A stretch of 64,000 nucleotides of DNA, taken from Bacilli bacterium (GTDB lineage: Bacteria > Bacillota_I > Bacilli_A > RFN20 > CAG-826). The translations under genes and the position numbers were made by a program. Under the pieces are notes generated by a model. The model did no database searches. It was not told the DNA's origin and was given only the letters and a program-made list of their open reading frames with translations. Position 1 is the first letter of the stretch. The number at the start of each line of letters is the position of its first letter. The stretch is from the NCBI GenBank assembly GCA_024408655.1, contig JAKSUV010000004.1, positions 7,112 to 71,111 on the forward strand, in the 5' to 3' direction. Shown piece by piece: positions 9,520 through 19,382 of the stretch.

Positions 9520-11349
9520 ATGAAAATTAAACCAATGAAGTTAGTGAGTCTAGCGGCCTTAATCGTAACCGCGACTTATTTTGTCGGCTGCGCAAATAAA
9601 ACCGACCGTAATGATTTAGTCATTTTATATACGAATGACGTGCACGGCTTTTTTGGCGAAGAAAATCGTCTTACTTATTCTTCCGTGGCGAAATTAAAAC
9701 AAGAACTCATCGCCGAAGGTAATGACGTTTTGTTAGTGGATGCCGGTGATAATTTATCGGGTTCAATTAATGCTAATTACGATGAAGGCGCCACCGCGGT
9801 TAAGTTAATGAATATGACGGGTTATGATGTCGTTACGCTTGGTAACCACGAATTCGATAGTGGAGTTGCTCATTTACAAGACACGATGAAGAACGCTAAA
9901 TATAAATATATTTCTACTAATTTTTATCACCTAGATAATGGTCAAGCCACTACTCCGTTTACTGATACAAGTACAATCTTTAATTTTCATAATCATAAAG
10001 TCGGCGTGATTGGTATTACAACTCCGCAAACCATTGGTGATTGCACCCCTGATACTTTCCAAAACGAACAAGGTGAATTTATTTATACTTTCTTAAAAGA
10101 ATTAGATCAAGATGGCAAGATTTTCTTCACGAAAGTACAAGCGGAAATTGATCAATTAAAGACCGCGGGTTGTGAAACGATTATTGCCCTTACTCACTTA
10201 GGACAAGAAGATGATGAAGGCCAATCACCTCTCACGAGCGTCCAGTTTGTTAGAAAAACTAACGGAATTGATTTAGTAATTGACGCCCACACCCATCAAT
10301 ATATGCCCGGAAGCCTATATCCAAATAAAGACGGGAAATTAATTACGATTACCCAAACCGGGTCAAGTTTTTCGAATATTGGCCAAGCGTTGATCACTCG
10401 TACTAATAGTGTTTACACGAAGATGTATGATTATGAACACTATACTAAGCACGATGAAACAGTCAAAAAAGCCGAAGATGACTATGTCAACAAAATCGAA
10501 GAAGAATTTAAAGATCCACTCGGAAAAATGGATGTTGGACTAGTTCACTATGTTAAACATGATCCAAGCGAGTATCATGAATATAATTTGTCGGATTTTT
10601 GCGCCGATGGTTTTTATTACTACGCGAATAATCCCGAAGGCGATGTCCAAAAAGCGCTAAAAAATCAGTGGGTTAATATGGCCTTTATTAATAACGGCGG
10701 GATTAGAGAACAATATGTTAGTAAAAATACTACCTGGACGAAAAAGACTGGTTATGGTCTACTTCCTTTCCCTAACCACCAAGTGGTGCGGAAAGTTGAT
10801 GGCCAAACTTTATGGGAAGCGCTAGAGTTTAGTGTGCGTAGTGTTCCTAACTATAACAGTGGTTTACTTATTCCCGCCGGTATTAGATACAATTTAGACA
10901 AAAGCAAAACAGCCGAATTTATTGTTGATAAATCGGGTAATTATATCGAGGGGCCAACTAATTACAGCTATACAGATTCTTGTGCCCGCATCTCTAACAT
11001 TCAAATTTATGATTCTACAGAAGCCGATGGTTGGGCGGATTTTGACCTAAAAAAAGAATACTATATTGCCGGTAGTGACTATATCCTTAAAAAAGGCGGC
11101 GATAGTTTATTGATGTTCAGTGAGCCTTACGCTGATAAGAAAGATCGGACATACGAAATTGTTTACGAAGGCGATAACGACTACAAAGCTTTAAATAGCT
11201 ATGTCGATAATTTTGGCGATGCACCCGAAAGTACAACGGTTAATAGTGCAAATTCCCCTCTAAAGACTTTAGCGGGTGAATACGCTAATGATTGCATTCT
11301 TTATGAGGAAGAAGAACCCAATAAACGTATTATTCTACCGACAGCATGA
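9520..11349 (+). CDS. Lipoprotein, bifunctional metallophosphatase/5'-nucleotidase family
   Basis: Signal peptide with lipobox (YFVGC). Metallophosphatase motifs NDVHG, DAGDN and GNHEFD. Confidence 0.8.
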   Translation: MKIKPMKLVSLAALIVTATYFVGCANKTDRNDLVILYTNDVHGFFGEENRLTYSSVAKLKQELIAEGNDVLLVDAGDNLSGSINANYDEGATAVKLMNMTGYDVVTLGNHEFDSGVAHLQDTMKNAKYKYISTNFYHLDNGQATTPFTDTSTIFNFHNHKVGVIGITTPQTIGDCTPDTFQNEQGEFIYTFLKELDQDGKIFFTKVQAEIDQLKTAGCETIIALTHLGQEDDEGQSPLTSVQFVRKTNGIDLVIDAHTHQYMPGSLYPNKDGKLITITQTGSSFSNIGQALITRTNSVYTKMYDYEHYTKHDETVKKAEDDYVNKIEEEFKDPLGKMDVGLVHYVKHDPSEYHEYNLSDFCADGFYYYANNPEGDVQKALKNQWVNMAFINNGGIREQYVSKNTTWTKKTGYGLLPFPNHQVVRKVDGQTLWEALEFSVRSVPNYNSGLLIPAGIRYNLDKSKTAEFIVDKSGNYIEGPTNYSYTDSCARISNIQIYDSTEADGWADFDLKKEYYIAGSDYILKKGGDSLLMFSEPYADKKDRTYEIVYEGDNDYKALNSYVDNFGDAPESTTVNSANSPLKTLAGEYANDCILYEEEEPNKRIILPTA

Positions 11350-11966
11350 AAAAATATTCACTTTACCTCTTTGATTTTGATGGGACCTTATTTGATACGC
11401 TTGATTCATTAAAAGAAGTGTATCGTCTCTCTTTACTTAAGTATGGTTTAATTGCGAAAGAAGAAGAGTATCCACTTTATCTAGGTCAATCATTACCATT
11501 AACTTTTAAATATAAAGGCGGTAAGAAAGAAGACAGTAAAGCCTTTATTGAATATTTTCATACCATTGTGCACACTGACGAGGTGGTTAAAAAAACCAAA
11601 CTCTATGTTGATACACTCGACACATTTAAATATTTACACACGCACGCGATAAACTACGGGATTGTCACTGGTTCATCTAGTCAACGTGTTAAAAGTGTCC
11701 TTAAATATTTTGGAATTGATACTTCTCTAGTTAAAGTCATCGTGGGGAACGATATTTATCGCACGCCAAAACCTGATCCTGATCCAATTAATATTGCTCT
11801 AAAGAAAACCGGTTATTTAAGCCGCCGAAATGAAGTGGTGTATATTGGTGATGCTAAGCAAGACGAAGAGTGCGCCAAAAACGCGAAAATCGATTATTTT
11901 ATCGTGGACCGTCACCAAGACAACATCAAACCAAACCTAAAGTCGCTGCTTGATTTATTTAAGTAG
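11346..11966 (+). CDS. HAD-superfamily hydrolase (phosphatase)
   Basis: Motif I FDFDGTLFDT and motif III YIGDAKQDEE. The ATGA overlap with the upstream gene suggests translational coupling. Confidence 0.8.
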   Translation: MKKYSLYLFDFDGTLFDTLDSLKEVYRLSLLKYGLIAKEEEYPLYLGQSLPLTFKYKGGKKEDSKAFIEYFHTIVHTDEVVKKTKLYVDTLDTFKYLHTHAINYGIVTGSSSQRVKSVLKYFGIDTSLVKVIVGNDIYRTPKPDPDPINIALKKTGYLSRRNEVVYIGDAKQDEECAKNAKIDYFIVDRHQDNIKPNLKSLLDLFK

Positions 11967-12076
11967 CGCGCATGTATTAATATTAATGCGAACGATACTT
12001 CGCGCACGTTAATATATATTCACGCGCGTATATTAATATATATGCGAAATCGTTAGTATATTCGCATACGCGTATA
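11967..12076. repeat. Cluster of overlapping palindromes and alternating purine-pyrimidine GC/AT blocks
   Basis: 12-nt palindrome attaatattaat (11976-11987). Hairpins gcgaa-N6-ttcgc (11988-12003), cgcgc-N18-gcgcg (12001-12028), cgcgtatat-taat-atatatgcg (12025-12046) and gcgaa-N12-ttcgc (12044-12065). Palindrome atacgcgtat (12066-12075). Confidence 0.6.
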
Positions 12077-12140
12077 AATATTAAATAATGTGCATCATCA
12101 TAATTATTATCCGAATCGGCGTTAGAAAAAACAAAATTAT

Positions 12141-12169
12141 TTGACAAGTCGAAAAAGACTAGTAATATA
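12141..12169 (+). promoter_or_regulatory. Putative sigma-70 promoter of the rpsL-rpsG-fusA operon
   Basis: TTGACA at 12141-12146, a 16-17 nt spacer, then TAATAT/AATATA. About 75 nt upstream of the rpsL ATG, which has a strong SD (aggagg). Confidence 0.55.
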
Positions 12170-12244
12170 TACCTCGCTGCGATTTTGTCAGCGATTAAAA
12201 TTCAGTGTTTGATACACACGGTATTGTGAACATAGGAGGAACAT

Positions 12245-12664
12245 ATGCCAACAATTAACCAATTAGTGAGAGAGGGTCGTAAATCCTCGACCTACAAGAG
12301 TAAAGCGCCAGCTTTAAATAAGCGCTGGAACTCATTAAAAAAGATTGAAAAGGACCAAAACGGTGCCCAAAAGCGGGGTGTTTGTACTCGGGTGGGAACC
12401 ATGACTCCGAAAAAGCCAAACTCAGCGTTACGGAAATACGCTCGTGTGCGTTTAAGTAACGGTTACGAAGTGACGGCCTATATCGGTGGGGAAGGTCATA
12501 ACCTACAAGAGCACTCCACAGTGATGATTCGGGGTGGCCGGGTGAAGGACTTGCCAGGTGTCCGTTATCATATTATTCGTGGAACGCTTGACTGTGCAGG
12601 TATTGAAGCACGTCGTCAAGGTCGGAGCCAATACGGCACGAAAAAACCCAAGAAATCTGAATAA
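12245..12664 (+). CDS. rpsL: 30S ribosomal protein S12
   Basis: [13 protein letters not shown]...[10 protein letters not shown], unmistakable S12. Confidence 0.97.
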   Translation: MPTINQLVREGRKSSTYKSKAPALNKRWNSLKKIEKDQNGAQKRGVCTRVGTMTPKKPNSALRKYARVRLSNGYEVTAYIGGEGHNLQEHSTVMIRGGRVKDLPGVRYHIIRGTLDCAGIEARRQGRSQYGTKKPKKSE

Positions 12665-12682
12665 TTAATGGAGGAATAGAAT

Positions 12683-13153
12683 ATGCCACGTAAAGGAAGA
12701 GTCGCCAAAAGAGACGTGTTACCAGATCCGGTCTATAATTCAAAATTAGTGACCCGGTTAATTAACCGCATTATGATCGATGGGAAACGCGGCACGGCGC
12801 AAAACATTTTATATGACGCGTTTAAAGTCGTCGAAAAGAAAACTGAAAAACCCGCCATGGATGTATTTGGTACAGCCTTAAATAACATCATGCCCGAAGT
12901 TGAATTAAAAGTGAGACGTATTGGGGCAGCTAACTATCAAGTGCCAATTGAAGTGACACCAGAACGTAAAATTGCGCTTGGTTTAAGATGGCTAGTGACC
13001 TATGCTCGTTTAAGAAACGAAAAGACGATGCAAGACCGTTTAGCCGCGGAAATTATTGACGCTGCTAATGGTACTGGTGCTTCGGTCAAGAAAAGAGAAG
13101 ATGTTCATAAGATGGCGGATGCGAACAAAGCTTACGCCCATTACCGTTGGTAA
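12683..13153 (+). CDS. rpsG: 30S ribosomal protein S7
   Basis: [28 protein letters not shown]... is canonical S7. Confidence 0.97.
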   Translation: MPRKGRVAKRDVLPDPVYNSKLVTRLINRIMIDGKRGTAQNILYDAFKVVEKKTEKPAMDVFGTALNNIMPEVELKVRRIGAANYQVPIEVTPERKIALGLRWLVTYARLRNEKTMQDRLAAEIIDAANGTGASVKKREDVHKMADANKAYAHYRW

Positions 13154-13165
13154 GAGGAATAGTTT

Positions 13166-15247
13166 ATGGCTCGTGAATTTGATTTAGCCCATACCCGTAA
13201 CATCGGGATTATGGCGCACATTGACGCTGGTAAAACAACGACCACTGAACGGATTCTTTATTTTACTGGTAAGATCCATAAGATTGGTGAAGTGCACGAT
13301 GGTGCCGCCACCATGGACTGGATGGAACAAGAACAAGAAAGAGGTATTACGATTACCTCCGCGGCAACGACTGCCACTTGGAATGGTAACCGGATTAATA
13401 TTATCGATACGCCAGGGCACGTCGACTTCACCGTTGAAGTTGAACGTTCCTTACGGGTGCTTGATGGTGCGGTCACCGTTCTTGATGGAAAAAACGGTGT
13501 TGAACCACAAACGGAAACTGTGTGGCGGCAAGGGACAAAATATGGTGTTCCGCGGATTGTCTTTGTTAATAAAATGGACGCGATTGGCGCCGACTTTGAT
13601 ATGTGCGTGGCGAGTTTACATGAACGTTTAGCCGCGAACGCTGAAGCCGTTCAATACCCAATTGGTGCCGAAAGTGAATTTAAAGGCGCGATTGATTTAA
13701 TCGAAAAGAAAGCCTACTTCTACGAAGGCGATAAAGACGAAAAGCCCGTTGAAAAGGAAATCCCTGAAGAATATAAAGAGAAGTGTGCTGCTTTACGGCA
13801 AAAGTTACTCGAAGCCTTAGCGGGTTTTGATGATGACTTTATGATGATGGTACTTGATGGTAAGGAACCTGATATTCCCACCATTAAGAAAGTCATTCGG
13901 AAAGCCGTTTTAACTGGTACATTCTTCCCGGTGTTCTGTGGTTCGGCGTATAAAAATAAGAATATTCAATTACTCCTGAACGGGGTTGTTGATTATTTAC
14001 CAAGCCCACTTGATATTCCACCGGCGAAAGGTATTAACCAAGCCGATGATAAAGAATATCTTTGTCATCCGGATGATAACGCTCCTTTAGCGGCGTTAGC
14101 CTTTAAGATTGCCACTGACCCATTCATTGGTCGACTCGCTTATGTTCGGGTTTACGCTGGTACTCTTAAGAGTGGTAGTTATGTGATGAATACCACTAAA
14201 GGCAGTAAAGAAAGAATTGCTCGTGTCGTTTTAATGCACTCCAACCACCGGCAAGAAGTTAGTGAACTCCATGCGGGTGATATTGGCGCGGTCGTTGGTT
14301 TAAAGAATACGACCACTGGTGATACTTTAGCCGATGAAAAACTTGATGTTGTCTTAGAGAAGATGGAATTCCCTGAGCCCGTGATTGAAGAAGCGGTGGA
14401 ACCAAAATCAAAAGCCGACCAAGATAAGATGGCGATTGCTTTAACGAAGTTAGCCGAAGAAGATCCAACCTTTAAAGTGCACACCAATAGCGAAACTGGT
14501 CAAACTATTATCGCCGGTGTTGGTGAATTACATCTTGATATTATTGTTGACCGGATGAGACGCGAATTTGGTGTCCAAGTAAACGTTGGTGCACCGCAAG
14601 TTGGGTATCGCGAAACGATTCGTGTACCCGCTGAATGCGAAGGTAAATACATTAAGCAATCGGGGGGTCGCGGTCAATATGGTCACGTCTGGATTAAGTT
14701 TGAACCAAATCCCGGCAAAGGCTTTGAATTTGTTGACGCGGTCGTTGGTGGTAGTGTTCCGCGGGAATACATTAAGCCAACTAACCAAGGCTTAGTTGAT
14801 GCGATGAACCGTGGCTTAATTGCGGGCTACCCCGTGATTGACGTGAAAGCTACCCTCTTTGATGGTAGTAGCCACGAAGTTGATAGTAGTGAAGCGGCCT
14901 ATAAGATTGCGGCGAGCTTAGCTTTAAAAGAAGCCGCGCGGAAATGTTCGCCCGTGATTCTTGAACCAATTATGAAAGTGGAAGTAACAGTCCCAGAACA
15001 ATATTATGGTGATGTCATTGGTGATATTGCTCGTCGGCGTGGTAACATGACGGGTGAAAGTCAACGGGGTAACGCGAAGGTGATTGACGCGGAAATCCCG
15101 TTAGCGGAAATGTTTGGTTACGTGACCGACTTACGGAGTTTCACGCAAGGTCGTGGTAACTACACCATGCAATTTGATCACTATGGCGAATGCCCAAGAT
15201 TCGTCCAAGACGAAATCATTAAGAAAAGCGGCATGAGTAACCGCTAA
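13166..15247 (+). CDS. fusA: Elongation factor G
   Basis: [28 protein letters not shown] and NKMD GTPase motifs. 693 aa. Confidence 0.97.
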   Translation: MAREFDLAHTRNIGIMAHIDAGKTTTTERILYFTGKIHKIGEVHDGAATMDWMEQEQERGITITSAATTATWNGNRINIIDTPGHVDFTVEVERSLRVLDGAVTVLDGKNGVEPQTETVWRQGTKYGVPRIVFVNKMDAIGADFDMCVASLHERLAANAEAVQYPIGAESEFKGAIDLIEKKAYFYEGDKDEKPVEKEIPEEYKEKCAALRQKLLEALAGFDDDFMMMVLDGKEPDIPTIKKVIRKAVLTGTFFPVFCGSAYKNKNIQLLLNGVVDYLPSPLDIPPAKGINQADDKEYLCHPDDNAPLAALAFKIATDPFIGRLAYVRVYAGTLKSGSYVMNTTKGSKERIARVVLMHSNHRQEVSELHAGDIGAVVGLKNTTTGDTLADEKLDVVLEKMEFPEPVIEEAVEPKSKADQDKMAIALTKLAEEDPTFKVHTNSETGQTIIAGVGELHLDIIVDRMRREFGVQVNVGAPQVGYRETIRVPAECEGKYIKQSGGRGQYGHVWIKFEPNPGKGFEFVDAVVGGSVPREYIKPTNQGLVDAMNRGLIAGYPVIDVKATLFDGSSHEVDSSEAAYKIAASLALKEAARKCSPVILEPIMKVEVTVPEQYYGDVIGDIARRRGNMTGESQRGNAKVIDAEIPLAEMFGYVTDLRSFTQGRGNYTMQFDHYGECPRFVQDEIIKKSGMSNR

Positions 15248-15264
15248 TAAACACACAAACGAAA

Positions 15265-15290
15265 AGCACCCCTTTATGGGGTGTTTTTTG
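15265..15290 (+). terminator. Intrinsic terminator after fusA
   Basis: gcacccc-tttat-ggggtg followed by tttttt. Confidence 0.65.
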
Positions 15291-15304
15291 TTATAATATT
15301 AACA

Positions 15305-16906
15305 ATGAGTAACAAAATTAATCTTTTCCAGCGGATTAGTAATCGCGTGGGTCAGACTTATAGCGGTCAAAAGATTCCGCGGGGAACGAAATGGACTTAT
15401 TCAGTTTCCGGAACTTTTCGTGATGCCGCTTACGCTTTAATGTCGGCTTTCGTAATTGTTTACGCAAAAGAAGCGGGCATTATTGATATTGGTTCAGCAG
15501 CGATTTTAGGTGCGATCTCAGCGGTTTTAATTGCGTTTCGCGTCTTTGACGCGGTAAATGACCCAATCATGGGTGTCATTATTGAGCGGGTCCATTTTAA
15601 AACCGGTAAATATAAACCATGGATCTTTATCGGTAGCTTCATCTCGATGATTACCTATTTAGCCTTGTTCTGCGGGCCGAAAATCTTCCCTTGGTGTCGC
15701 GATTGGGTGTATGTTGGTTGGTTCGCGGTTTTCTATTTATTGTGGGATATTGGCTTTACGATGAACGACATTGCTTATTGGAGCATGCTCCCGAGTATGT
15801 CAAGCGTTGAAAAAGAACGGGCACAAGTGACTTCCATTGTTCTATTTTGTTGTAACATTGGTGAATTTGTCGTGACCGCTTTAACACCGTTTTTAACCCA
15901 AACGAATATTTTAGGCACCGATGCCTATTGGGTGATTTGTCTAATTGTTACCGGTTTATTTCTCATCAGTCAGACTTGTGTCTTTATCTTTTGTAAGGAG
16001 CGTTCACGAAATTTATTAGACCGGAAAGCCGAGAAGCCGGCAAGCGTGAAAGACTTATTTAATGTCTTAAAGAATAATTCGCAAGTGCGAACGATGATTA
16101 TCGTGATCTTGCTCTATTATATTTCCATTCATATTATTAACGGCTTAATGAATGATGTGCTTTGGATTACTGCTGGTTATAATGAAGCAAAACAATTACA
16201 GTTCTATTTCACTTTCGTTAATACCGCCGCGGTTTTATTACCACCCGTATTTATTCCGTTATTATTAAAGAAGTTTTCGTTAAGAAAAGTTGCTAATGTT
16301 GGCCTAGTGGGGATGTTAGCAACCCGGATTATCTTCTTATTCTATGGTTCACCAATCGGTAATAATTTAATTGCGCCACCGCAAATTCTTGGTGGAGGCT
16401 TAGGTGCGGGCTACGCGACTTGTTTCTGTATCCTTTCGGCTTTGATGGTGTTATCGCAAACCGTTGCCTATAACATTTTCTTAATCATGATGAGTAACAC
16501 GATTGAATATAACGAATATAAAACTGGCGACCGCCAAGAATCAATTATTTTCTCACTTCGCCCGTTTTCCACTAAACTCTCTTCTTCCATCAAAGAAGGG
16601 GTGGTGTTTGTCGCCTTATTAACGACGGGTATTAATAAAATTGAAGGCGAGATTGGTAAGATTAATGATTCAGATTTAGATCCAGCACAAAAAGAAGCGG
16701 CAATTACTGAAGTATTACGAGGCGTTACCGCTAGCCAAGTTTGGGGATTAAAACTAATCATGGTGATTATTCCATTACTTTGTATCATTGCTTGTTATTT
16801 ATTAATCCGTAAATATTACTTTATTGACGAAAAGTATTATGCCAAAATTTGTGATGAAATTGATAAGCGCAATAAAAAGGATTTAAAAGAAGCGAAGGCA
16901 AAATAA
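15305..16906 (+). CDS. Glycoside-pentoside-hexuronide (GPH):cation symporter family transporter, copy 1
   Basis: FDAVNDPIMGVIIERVHFKTGKYKPWI is the GPH/MelB-type signature, in a 12-TM-like profile. I chose ATG 15305 because the GTG at 15281 lies inside the fusA terminator. TATAAT at 15292-15297. Confidence 0.8.
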   Translation: MSNKINLFQRISNRVGQTYSGQKIPRGTKWTYSVSGTFRDAAYALMSAFVIVYAKEAGIIDIGSAAILGAISAVLIAFRVFDAVNDPIMGVIIERVHFKTGKYKPWIFIGSFISMITYLALFCGPKIFPWCRDWVYVGWFAVFYLLWDIGFTMNDIAYWSMLPSMSSVEKERAQVTSIVLFCCNIGEFVVTALTPFLTQTNILGTDAYWVICLIVTGLFLISQTCVFIFCKERSRNLLDRKAEKPASVKDLFNVLKNNSQVRTMIIVILLYYISIHIINGLMNDVLWITAGYNEAKQLQFYFTFVNTAAVLLPPVFIPLLLKKFSLRKVANVGLVGMLATRIIFLFYGSPIGNNLIAPPQILGGGLGAGYATCFCILSALMVLSQTVAYNIFLIMMSNTIEYNEYKTGDRQESIIFSLRPFSTKLSSSIKEGVVFVALLTTGINKIEGEIGKINDSDLDPAQKEAAITEVLRGVTASQVWGLKLIMVIIPLLCIIACYLLIRKYYFIDEKYYAKICDEIDKRNKKDLKEAKAK

Positions 16907-17799
16907 TGAACGCGATTGGGATTGATGTTGGCGGCACCAATATAAAAATTGGTGTTGTTTCTAAACAAGGGAAAGTCCTTAAACAAGACGCCTTTCGCGT
17001 TGATCCAAAAGAAGCTGGTTTAACCGCCTTAAAACGAATTGCTAAAATTATTAACCAATACCACAAACAATACGACATAAAAGGCGTTGGCGTCGGAATG
17101 CCAGGTATTCTTGACTTATCGACGGGTGAACTATTATATTCTTCAACAACTTTAAATTCGTGGCGCCATATTAATATCATTAAGACATTAACCAAATTAA
17201 CGAAATTAAAAGTAAAAATTAGTAACGACGCGAATGTAGCCGCTTTAGCGGAAGCGCGTTTTGGTAAATATAAAAACGTTAATTCGTTAATTTTATTAAC
17301 CCTTGGAACCGGTGTTGGTGGGGGAATTATTGTTAATAAACATTTAGTGCAGGGTAATAATGGTCAAGGAGCCGAACTTGGTCATATGTCGATTGACTAT
17401 CACGGACGAAAATGCGGTTGTGGACGGATTGGATGTCTAGAGGCCTATGTGAGCGCGAAGGCGCTTAAAAAAGACGCCGCTAAAGCGTTTAAAAAAGAAA
17501 TACCGGTTAAAGACATCTTCGCTTTATACGAAAAAGGTAATCCAATCGCTAAGAAAGTGATTAATGAATACATCACCTACTTAGGTGAAGGGATTTTAAA
17601 TTATTGTATTATCTTCCGTCCCGAAGTCATTTTATTATCGGGCGGAATTGCTAAGTCTGGCACTTTATTAACTAAGCCATTAAATACTTATTTAAAAAAG
17701 CATCATTACGGGATTAAAGGAACCGCTAAAGTGCTTGTTGATGTAGCTTCATTACAGTATGATAGTGGTATTATCGGAGCCGCCAGTTTAATTTTATAA
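16906..17799 (+). CDS. ROK-family sugar kinase
   Basis: IGIDVGGTNIKIG ATP-binding N-terminus and the CGCGRIGCLE zinc motif typical of ROK kinases. Confidence 0.85.
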   Translation: MNAIGIDVGGTNIKIGVVSKQGKVLKQDAFRVDPKEAGLTALKRIAKIINQYHKQYDIKGVGVGMPGILDLSTGELLYSSTTLNSWRHINIIKTLTKLTKLKVKISNDANVAALAEARFGKYKNVNSLILLTLGTGVGGGIIVNKHLVQGNNGQGAELGHMSIDYHGRKCGCGRIGCLEAYVSAKALKKDAAKAFKKEIPVKDIFALYEKGNPIAKKVINEYITYLGEGILNYCIIFRPEVILLSGGIAKSGTLLTKPLNTYLKKHHYGIKGTAKVLVDVASLQYDSGIIGAASLIL

Positions 17800-17811
17800 A
17801 AGGAGAGTTTT

Positions 17812-19380
17812 ATGTTTGAACGATTAACGAGCAAAATAGGTCGAACCTATAGCGATGAAATTATTCCAAAACGCACCAAGTGGATTTACACCACGAGTGG
17901 TCTAGGTCGCGACGCGGTGTACGCGATGGTGTCAGTTTTCTTAATCACTTTTATTACGAAGGCTGGTTACTTAGACGGTAACTATGAGGCGATGTTTGCC
18001 ACAATTTCTGGCATTATTATTGGTTACCGAATCTTTGACGCCGTGAACGATCCGTTTATGGGTGTCATTATTGAAAAATGTCATTTTAAAACCGGCAAAT
18101 ATAAGCCGTGGATATTCCTTGGCTCACTTACGAATACTATAACTGTCCTAGCGTTATTCTTAACGCCAGCATTCTGTACTTGGTGTCGAGGCTGGGGATT
18201 TGTGGCTTGGTTTGCGGTTTTCTATTTACTTTGGGGCATGACCTTTACTATGAACGATATTGCCTTCTGTTCAATGCTCCCGAGTATGTCGAGTAACGAA
18301 AAGCAAAGAACAAGAGTCACTTCCTTATTAATGATTTTTGAAAACGGTGGATCATTTATGATCTCTCTTATCGTGCCATTTATGGCGCAAACCTCGCTTG
18401 GTATTCAAAACGCCTATTGGGTTGCCGCGATTATTATTGGTTTCTTATTTGTGGTGGGACAAACCGCTTTATTCTTCTTCTGTCCTGAACATAAACGCAA
18501 TTTAGCCGCAGAAGCAAAAGCCGAACCACCGCGGTTCCGCGATATGATTCAAATCTTTAAAAAGAACCGCTTAGTGAGAATCATGGTCATTGTCATCTTT
18601 GTTTGGTTTATCTCCTTATTTAGCCTAGAAGGCTTAATGCAAGATGTCTTCCTTTTAGCCGTTGGCTATAACGCGGGCTTCCAATTAATGAGCTGGTTCA
18701 GTTTTGTGAAGATTGGGGCGATTGTTATCCCAATGTTATTTATGCCACGTATTTTAGATAAAGTTCCGAAGATGAAAGTCTTTAAGATTTGTATGAGCAC
18801 AATGATTGTCTCGTACATCCTCTTCTTTATCTATGGGGCACCTTTAGGTGGAACATCCTTTATCGCTCCAAGTTTTGTCTTTGGCACAGTGAGTCCAGCG
18901 TATGTCACACTTTTATTTATCATCGCGTTAGTGATGTATGTGGCGAATAGCTGTACCTATAACGTCATCTATCTCTTTATGGAGAACACCGTTGAATATA
19001 ACGAATATATTAGTGGTCGTCGGCAAGAATCAGTTATCTTCTCGATGCGTCCGTTTGCGACCAAGTTTGCAAGTAGTATCCAAATACTAATTACCGATGC
19101 GGCAATGTATTCAACTGGTTATATCGCGGTATCAAAAGCGATTAACGATAATAATAACTTATATCCAGATAATCCTGAGAAAGCCGCTGAGTTAAACGAA
19201 GAAGTCATTAGAAATGCCTTAAGCAATCCAGGTATGATTTATGGCATGCGTGTTTGGTGTGTATTAGTACCCGCCATCTTACTTGTCGTCGCTTTCTTCT
19301 TATTAGTGAAGTTCTATGATTTAAGTGACGCTAAATACACAAGTATTTGTAAAGAACTTAGTGAACGGAAGCGGGCCTAA
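17812..19380 (+). CDS. GPH:cation symporter family transporter, copy 2 (paralogue of 15305-16906)
   Basis: FDAVNDPFMGVIIEKCHFKTGKYKPWIF and FTMNDIAFCSMLPSMSSNEKQRTRVTS align closely with copy 1. SD aaaggag lies upstream. Confidence 0.8.
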   Translation: MFERLTSKIGRTYSDEIIPKRTKWIYTTSGLGRDAVYAMVSVFLITFITKAGYLDGNYEAMFATISGIIIGYRIFDAVNDPFMGVIIEKCHFKTGKYKPWIFLGSLTNTITVLALFLTPAFCTWCRGWGFVAWFAVFYLLWGMTFTMNDIAFCSMLPSMSSNEKQRTRVTSLLMIFENGGSFMISLIVPFMAQTSLGIQNAYWVAAIIIGFLFVVGQTALFFFCPEHKRNLAAEAKAEPPRFRDMIQIFKKNRLVRIMVIVIFVWFISLFSLEGLMQDVFLLAVGYNAGFQLMSWFSFVKIGAIVIPMLFMPRILDKVPKMKVFKICMSTMIVSYILFFIYGAPLGGTSFIAPSFVFGTVSPAYVTLLFIIALVMYVANSCTYNVIYLFMENTVEYNEYISGRRQESVIFSMRPFATKFASSIQILITDAAMYSTGYIAVSKAINDNNNLYPDNPEKAAELNEEVIRNALSNPGMIYGMRVWCVLVPAILLVVAFFLLVKFYDLSDAKYTSICKELSERKRA

Positions 19381-19382
19381 AT

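Noticed and set aside
11967-12100. Possible dif (XerCD) site within the palindromic region, for example TTCGCATA-CGCGTA-TAAATATTAAAT against the E. coli GGTGCGCATAA-TGTATA-TTATGTTAAAT.
   Set aside because: The resemblance is only partial in both arms and does not fit the Firmicutes dif consensus I recall. The location directly upstream of the str promoter is not suggestive of a terminus. I kept it only as an unexplained palindrome cluster.
12170-12244. Hairpin tcgctg-N9-cagcga in the rpsL leader as a ribosomal-protein autoregulatory structure.
   Set aside because: It is a single 6-bp stem with no recognisable mimic of the S7 or S4 rRNA binding sites. The evidence is insufficient.
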